Origin: Candidatus Rokuibacteriota bacterium
GTDB lineage: Bacteria; Methylomirabilota; Methylomirabilia; Rokubacteriales; CSP1-6
NCBI GenBank assembly: GCA_003220435.1
Contig: QHSL01000062.1
Span: 65,919 to 129,918, forward strand
Reading direction: 5' to 3'
Length of the DNA stretch: 64,000 nt
Below are positions 58,564 to 64,000 of this stretch, piece by piece. Made by a program: the position numbers and the translations under genes. Each line of letters begins with the position of its first letter. The first letter of the stretch is position 1. The notes under the pieces were generated by a model. The model was not told where the DNA came from. It searched no databases and saw only the letters and a list, made by a program, of their open reading frames with translations.

Positions 58564-59913
58564 ATGAACCGAGAGCTGATCAGCGTGATCGAGCAGATCG
58601 GGCGCGAGAAGGGGATCGACAAGGAGATCCTCTTCGAGGCGCTGGAGTCTGCCCTCCTCTCGGCGTCGCGCAAGAGCCTCGGTGCGGCCGAGAACTTTCG
58701 GATGCACATCGACCGCAAGAGCGGCGACCTGCGCGTGTACTGCCGGAAGAAGGTCGTGACGGAGGTCGCGGACGACAAGCAGGAGATCAGCCTCACCGCC
58801 GCCAAGGCGCTGAACGCCGATGCGGAGCTCGACGACGAGCTCGAGCTCGAGCAGGAGCGGCCGCCGCAGGATTTCGGCCGGATCGCGGCGCAGACCGCGA
58901 AGCAGGTCATCCTTCAGAAGGTGCGGGACGCCGAGCGTGAGGGCATCTACTCGGAGTTCGCCGGCAAGGAAGGCCAGATCCTCCGCGGCGTCGTGCATCG
59001 GATCGAGAAACGCAACGTAATCTTGGAAATTGGCAAGGCCGAGGCCATCCTGCCAGAGCGCGAGCAGATCCCGGGTGAGCGCTACAACCCGGGCGACCGG
59101 ATCCGCGCCTTCGTGCTCGAGGTGCGGCGGACGGCCAAGGGCCCGCAGATCTCGCTCTCGCGGACGCACCCGGGGTATCTGGCGCGGCTCTTCCAGACCG
59201 AGATCCCCGAGATCCAGGAGGGGATCGTCCTCGTGAAGGCGACGGCGCGCGAGGCGGGCGAGCGGGCCAAGGTCGCGGTCGCGTCGACGAAGCGTGACGT
59301 CGATCCGATCGGCGCCTGTGTCGGCCTGCGCGGGACGCGCATCCAGGTCATCAGCCGCGAGCTGCGCGGCGAAAAGATCGACATCATCGAGTGGTCGCAC
59401 GATCCCGCCACGTTCGTGGCGCGCTCGCTGTCGCCGGCCAAGGTGTCGTCGGTGGTGATCAACGAGCTCCCGGAAGGCGAGGGGCAGGCGTCGGCTCTTG
59501 TGATCGTGCCAGACAACCAGCTATCCCTCGCGATCGGCAAGAAGGGACAGAACGCGCGCCTGGCCGCCAAGCTGACGGGAATGCGGATCGACATCAAGAG
59601 TGAGTCCGAGATCGAGGCGGAGCGCTCTCCGCGCGACGCGTCCGCGGCCGAAGACCGCGCGGCGCTGGCCGCCCTGCCCCTGGGCTCGGCGGCGACCGAC
59701 GCTCTCGTGGCCGCCGGGCTCGGCTCGCCGGCGGCGATCGTGAAGGCCGGCCGCGAGAGGCTCGCCCGGATCCCGGAGATCGGGGACGAGGTGGACGCGG
59801 TCTACATGGCCGCCGAGAAGTGGGTGGCGAGCCACAGCATCCCGGAGACCCTGAGAGCGGCAGACGACGGCATCGGCGGGGACTCTCCGCAGGAGACATC
59901 GACACCCGCATGA
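58564..59913 (+). CDS. nusA: Transcription elongation factor NusA
   Basis: FGRIAAQTAKQVI, S1 and KH domains, GACVG, LSLAIGKKGQNARLA. Confidence 0.97.
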   Translation: MNRELISVIEQIGREKGIDKEILFEALESALLSASRKSLGAAENFRMHIDRKSGDLRVYCRKKVVTEVADDKQEISLTAAKALNADAELDDELELEQERPPQDFGRIAAQTAKQVILQKVRDAEREGIYSEFAGKEGQILRGVVHRIEKRNVILEIGKAEAILPEREQIPGERYNPGDRIRAFVLEVRRTAKGPQISLSRTHPGYLARLFQTEIPEIQEGIVLVKATAREAGERAKVAVASTKRDVDPIGACVGLRGTRIQVISRELRGEKIDIIEWSHDPATFVARSLSPAKVSSVVINELPEGEGQASALVIVPDNQLSLAIGKKGQNARLAAKLTGMRIDIKSESEIEAERSPRDASAAEDRAALAALPLGSAATDALVAAGLGSPAAIVKAGRERLARIPEIGDEVDAVYMAAEKWVASHSIPETLRAADDGIGGDSPQETSTPA

Positions 59914-60248
59914 GAACGGGACCTCGTCGGACGTGTCTCGGATGCCGCCAGGCTCGCCCGAAGGGCGCGTTGACGCGACTGGTGCGGCGCCCGGACGGCC
60001 GTGTGGTGATCGATCCGGACGGACGCGGGACCGGGCGGGGGGCCTACGTCTGTGCCGACGCCGAGTGCATGAAGCGCGCGTTCAGCCGCGGACGGCTCAC
60101 GCACGCGTTCCGCGCTCCGAGCGAGGTCGGCCCGGATCTTCTGCTCGCGATCGCGGGCGCCGGGCGCCGGCTCCGGGTGGTTGGACGCGCACGCGGGGGA
60201 GTCGAGTCTGCCGCGCGCGAGGCGATCGACGCAGCGGTGAGAGCGTGA
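59910..60248 (+). CDS. ylxR: YlxR/DUF448 RNA-binding protein
   Basis: PRRTCLGCR...L.RLV...GRGAYVC. Confidence 0.88.
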   Translation: MRTGPRRTCLGCRQARPKGALTRLVRRPDGRVVIDPDGRGTGRGAYVCADAECMKRAFSRGRLTHAFRAPSEVGPDLLLAIAGAGRRLRVVGRARGGVESAAREAIDAAVRA

Positions 60249-60264
60249 GGGAGGTGAGGGGAAC

Positions 60265-62742
60265 GTGCCACCGGCAAAAATAAAGGTGATCGAGCTCGCA
60301 AAGGAACTCGGCGTCACGAGCAAGGACCTCATGGTCGCCGCCGAGGAAATGGGCAACAAGGGTGTCCGGGCCATGAGTCCCCTCGACAGTACGCTCGCCA
60401 ACGCGCTGCGGGTCAAGCTCGGGAAAGGGCGCGACCTGCCTGAGGCGCCGAAGCCCAAGCGCGTGCCGAAGCCGAAGGAAGAAGGGGCGGCGAAGCCCGC
60501 GTCGCGGACCAAGAAGCCGAAGATCGGCGACGACGCTCTGACGGAGATCAAGCCGGCGGCGACGATCGTCAAGCCGAAGCCGGCGGCGCCCGTCGCGGAG
60601 GTCGTTCTCGAGGCGCTGCCGATCGTCACGGTCCCCGAGCCCGAGATCGTTCCGGAGCCACCCGTCGCCGCGCCGCTGCCCGAGCCGCCGGCCGTCGTGA
60701 AGCCGGCCGCGACGGTGGCGCCCGCGCCGACGGCGCCGAAGAAGCCGGAGCCGAAGATCGTTCCGTTTCGACCGCTCGAGCGGCCGGCGCCGGCGCCACG
60801 GCCGTCGCGGCAACCGGCCGGACCGTTCGCGCCGCCGCGCGTCACGATGGTTCCGGCTCGACCGGCGGCACCGCCCGCGCCCCCGCGGATCGCGCCACCG
60901 CCGCTGGCCCCGGCGCGCCCGGCCGCGGCGGTGGCGCCTGCCGCCGTTGCGGCAGCTGTCGTCGAGGCGCCACCGGCGGCAGCGCCGCCCGAGGTCAAGC
61001 GCGAGCTCATCCGTGTGCCGGAGTCGGTCACGGTCGGCGAGCTCGCCGAGAAGATGCGGCGCAAGTCGGGTGAGGTCATCAAGGCGCTGCTCGAGCTCGG
61101 CGTGATGGCGACGGTGAACGAGCTGCTGGATCCGACCGCCGCCAAGCTGGTGGCCGACAAGTTCAACTTCGACGTCGAGATCCGTTCGGTCGAGGGCGAC
61201 GTCGTCGACGAGGAGGATACAGACCCGGCCCAGCTCTCGCTGCGCCCGCCTGTCGTCACCGTGATGGGTCATGTCGACCACGGCAAGACCTCGCTGCTCG
61301 ACGCGATCAGGAAATCGAAGGTCGCCGAGAAGGAGTTCGGCGGCATCACCCAGCACATCGGCGCGTACCAGGTCACCACGTCGCACGGCAAGGTCACGTT
61401 CCTGGACACGCCGGGGCACGAGGCGTTCACGGCGATGCGGGCGCGCGGCGCTCAGGCGACCGACATCGTCATCCTGGTCGTCGCTGCCGACGACGGCGTC
61501 ATGCCCCAGACGCAAGAGGCGATCAACCACGCGCGGGCCGCCAACGTGCCGATCATCGTCGCGGTCAACAAGATCGACCGGCCCGAGGCGGACGCCGAGC
61601 GTGTGAAGCGCGAGCTGTCCAACCTCAATCTCGTGCCGGAAGAGTGGGGCGGGCAGACAATCTTCGTGCCGACGTCGGCCAAGCAGGGCACGGGCATCGA
61701 CCAGCTGCTCGAGATGACCGCGCTCCAGTCGGAGATCCTCGAGCTCAAGGCCAACGCGAGCCGCTCCGCCAAGGGTGTGATCATCGAGAGCCGACTCGAC
61801 CGTGGCCGCGGACCGGTGGCCACCGCGCTGATCCAAAACGGCAGCCTGCGCGAGGGCGACGCGGTCGTCGTCGGCTCTTATTCCGGCCGTGTCCGCTCGC
61901 TGATCGATCCGTCCGGCAAGAAGGTGAAGATCGCGGGCCCCTCCGACCCGGTGGAGATCCAGGGGCTCTCGGGGGTGCCGGCCGCGGGCGACGTGCTCGT
62001 CGCGGTCTCCGACGAGCGCAAGGCGCGGCAGATCGCCACCATGCGGCTCGACCGCGACAAGCTCAAGGGCAAGACCACGACGCGCATCACGCTCGAGGGG
62101 CTCCAGAAGCAGATCCTGACCGGCGAGGTGAAGGAGCTCCGGCTCATCCTCAAGGCCGACGTGCAGGGCTCGGTCGAGGCGCTGGCTGAGTCGCTCGAGC
62201 GCCTCTCGACCGACGAGGTGAAGCTGAAGGTCATCCACAGCTCGGTCGGCATGATCACCGAGAGCGACGTGATGCTCGCCTCCGCGTCCAACGCCCTCGT
62301 CCTGGGGTTCAACGTGAAGGCCGAGCCCAAGGCGACGACCCAGGCGCAGGCGAACGGCGTCGATCTCCGAAACTACAACGTCATCTACGAAGCGATCAAC
62401 GATCTCAAGGCGGCGCTCGCCGGGATGCTGGCCCCGGAGATCCGCGAGACGGCGCTGGGCCGCGCCCAGGTCCGCCAGATCTTCGTCATCTCCAAGCTCG
62501 GCCCGATCTGCGGCTCCTACGTCGCCGAGGGCAAGATCGTGCGCGGCGCCAAGGTGCGCGTGCGACGCGGCGAGGAAGTCGTGGGCCAGGGGGCGGTCGG
62601 CTCGCTGAAGCGGTTCAAGGACGAGGTCCGCGAGGTGCTCGCCGGGCTCGAGTGCGGCATCGGCGTCGACGGCGTCACCGGCGTCCAGCCGGGGGATTCC
62701 CTCGAGGTCTATTCGAGCGAGGAAGTGGCGCGCACGCTCTAG
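60265..62742 (+). CDS. infB: Translation initiation factor IF-2
   Basis: ELAKELG N-terminus, Pro/Ala linker, MGHVDHGKTSLLD, DTPGHEAF, NKID, KADVQGS, SLKRFKDEV. Confidence 0.97.
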   Translation: MPPAKIKVIELAKELGVTSKDLMVAAEEMGNKGVRAMSPLDSTLANALRVKLGKGRDLPEAPKPKRVPKPKEEGAAKPASRTKKPKIGDDALTEIKPAATIVKPKPAAPVAEVVLEALPIVTVPEPEIVPEPPVAAPLPEPPAVVKPAATVAPAPTAPKKPEPKIVPFRPLERPAPAPRPSRQPAGPFAPPRVTMVPARPAAPPAPPRIAPPPLAPARPAAAVAPAAVAAAVVEAPPAAAPPEVKRELIRVPESVTVGELAEKMRRKSGEVIKALLELGVMATVNELLDPTAAKLVADKFNFDVEIRSVEGDVVDEEDTDPAQLSLRPPVVTVMGHVDHGKTSLLDAIRKSKVAEKEFGGITQHIGAYQVTTSHGKVTFLDTPGHEAFTAMRARGAQATDIVILVVAADDGVMPQTQEAINHARAANVPIIVAVNKIDRPEADAERVKRELSNLNLVPEEWGGQTIFVPTSAKQGTGIDQLLEMTALQSEILELKANASRSAKGVIIESRLDRGRGPVATALIQNGSLREGDAVVVGSYSGRVRSLIDPSGKKVKIAGPSDPVEIQGLSGVPAAGDVLVAVSDERKARQIATMRLDRDKLKGKTTTRITLEGLQKQILTGEVKELRLILKADVQGSVEALAESLERLSTDEVKLKVIHSSVGMITESDVMLASASNALVLGFNVKAEPKATTQAQANGVDLRNYNVIYEAINDLKAALAGMLAPEIRETALGRAQVRQIFVISKLGPICGSYVAEGKIVRGAKVRVRRGEEVVGQGAVGSLKRFKDEVREVLAGLECGIGVDGVTGVQPGDSLEVYSSEEVARTL

Positions 62743-62765
62743 CGGCCGCCGCGCCGGAGGAAGCC

Positions 62766-63056
62766 GTGTCGGCCGCGCGCATTGCGCTGGGACTCGTGGA
62801 GTTGCATCTTCCGGATGCCGCCTCGCTGAAGGACAAGCGCCACGTCCTGAAGGGTCTCAAGGAGAAGGTGCGCGCGAAGTTCGAGGTCGCGGTGGCCGAG
62901 GTCGACCACCAGGACGTGTGGCAGCGCGCCACGCTCGCCGTCGCCTACGTCTCAGCCGACGCCCGACACGCCAACACGGTCGTGTCCAAGGCGCTGGATT
63001 TCATCGAGGACAACGTCGAGGGCCAGGTGCTCGACACGTCCGTGGAGATTCTCTGA
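62766..63056 (+). CDS. DUF503/YlxP family protein
   Basis: SLKDKRHVLKGL...KFEVAVAEVDHQDVWQR, located between infB and rbfA. Confidence 0.9.
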   Translation: MSAARIALGLVELHLPDAASLKDKRHVLKGLKEKVRAKFEVAVAEVDHQDVWQRATLAVAYVSADARHANTVVSKALDFIEDNVEGQVLDTSVEIL

Positions 63057-63409
63057 TGCAGGGCAAGCGGCTCGATCGGGTCAACCAGCTCGTCAAGGAG
63101 GAGATCTCGACGCTCCTCCAGCGCGAGCTGAAGGATCCGCGGCTCGGATTCGTGTCGATCACCGAGGTCGAAACCGCCCGCGATCTGCGGACCGCCAAGG
63201 TGTTCGTCTCGGTGCTGGGCGACGACGCGAAGTGGACGGCGTCGATGGCGGCCCTGGTGAGCGCGCGCGGGTTCATCCGCAACTGGCTCCGCCAGACCCT
63301 GGATCTCCGGGTCACGCCCGAACTAGACTTCCGGCCCGATCGGTCCATGGAGCACGCGGCGCGCATCCAGGCGTTGCTCCGCGACGTCGGCGGCGACCCG
63401 CCGCGGTGA
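63056..63409 (+). CDS. rbfA: Ribosome-binding factor A
   Basis: RVNQLVKEEIS, KDPRLG, DLRTAKVFVS, LRVTPELDF. Confidence 0.95.
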   Translation: MQGKRLDRVNQLVKEEISTLLQRELKDPRLGFVSITEVETARDLRTAKVFVSVLGDDAKWTASMAALVSARGFIRNWLRQTLDLRVTPELDFRPDRSMEHAARIQALLRDVGGDPPR

Positions 63410-64000
63410 CGATGGCGATCGAGCACACCGACACGCTGCCGTCCAGCGCGGTCCTGGCGCCGTTCGGCGGCCGCGGTCGGGCGCTGATGCTGGGTCACGT
63501 CCATCCCGACGCGGACGTCCTCGGCACGCTGCTCGCCCTCGGGCTGGCGCTCGAGAGCCGTGGCTGGAGCGTGACGTATGGCGGACCCCATCCGGCGCCG
63601 GCACTGCTCGCGTTTCTCCCGGGCGTCGACCGCTACCGGCCGCTGCGGACGCTCGACGGGGCGTTCGACCTGGTCGTGCTCACAGACTGCCCGAATCCGG
63701 ATCGGACCGAAGGGTTGATCGATCAGGTCAAGCGGGCCGGCAAGGTCATCGTGAACGTCGACCATCACCCGGACAATCGGCGATACGGCCACGTGAACTG
63801 GATCGACTCGACGGCGGCCGCCACCGGCGAGATGGTGTACGAGTTGCTCCGAGCGCTCGGCGCGCCGCTCACGCCGGCAATCGCGACGAACCTCTTCACC
63901 GCGGTTCACACCGACACCGGCTCGTTCCGCTACTCGAACGTCACGCCGCGGACGTTCACGATCGCCGCGGCGCTGGTCGCGGCGGGCGCCCGACCGGAGG
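63406..64000 (+). CDS. nrnA: DHH-family nanoRNase/pAp phosphatase NrnA (3' truncated by the window)
   Basis: Translated by hand: GHVHPDADVLG, LTDC, NVDHH, HTDTGSFRYSN. No stop before the window end. Confidence 0.88.
   Translation, partial: MTMAIEHTDTLPSSAVLAPFGGRGRALMLGHVHPDADVLGTLLALGLALESRGWSVTYGGPHPAPALLAFLPGVDRYRPLRTLDGAFDLVVLTDCPNPDRTEGLIDQVKRAGKVIVNVDHHPDNRRYGHVNWIDSTAAATGEMVYELLRALGAPLTPAIATNLFTAVHTDTGSFRYSNVTPRTFTIAAALVAAGARPE

Noticed and set aside
60097..62238. 713-aa minus-strand ORF and Pro/Ala-rich quasi-repeats in this region
   Set aside because: The ORF is a shadow of infB. The low-complexity tract is the normal variable IF-2 N-terminal linker, not a repeat element.

Overview
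High-GC (roughly 68-70% by eye), gene-dense bacterial chromosomal segment. Gene content and order suggest a Methylomirabilota/Ca. Rokubacteria-like or Deltaproteobacteria-like organism (inference only). I saw no rRNA, tRNA, CRISPR array, transposase or integrase. Left to right: (1) a selenium locus with LysR, a selD recoded at an in-frame UGA plus SECIS-like hairpin, a Tat-exported transglutaminase-like protein, TlpA, a zf-HC2 protein and a SenB-like GT4 glycosyltransferase; (2) a MoxR-DUF58-giant VWA-TPR operon; (3) a GalT homolog with a substituted active site, and gdhA; (4) a full isc operon whose IscS lacks both the PLP Schiff-base Lys and the PLP-stacking His but keeps the persulfide Cys, followed by a DsrEFH/TusDCB-like trio, an intact second cysteine desulfurase, a degenerate IscU paralog and cysE; (5) a frameshifted HD protein and dinB; (6) a Liv-type ABC transporter with an acyl-CoA synthetase; (7) a ferritin-like di-iron pair with accC/accB and a DinB-family pseudogene; (8) an RpoD paralog, malic enzyme and an envelope glycosylation cluster; (9) the housekeeping run nth, rplM-rpsI-argC-argJ-rpsB-tsf-pyrH-frr-uppS-cdsA-dxr-rseP-ispG-fdx, rimP-nusA-ylxR-infB-DUF503-rbfA-nrnA. 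The best candidates for undescribed biology are the pseudo-enzyme IscS with its neighbouring intact desulfurase and sulfur-relay genes, and the SelD/SenB-like locus with no senA in view. All family assignments come from motif recognition; no database searches were run.
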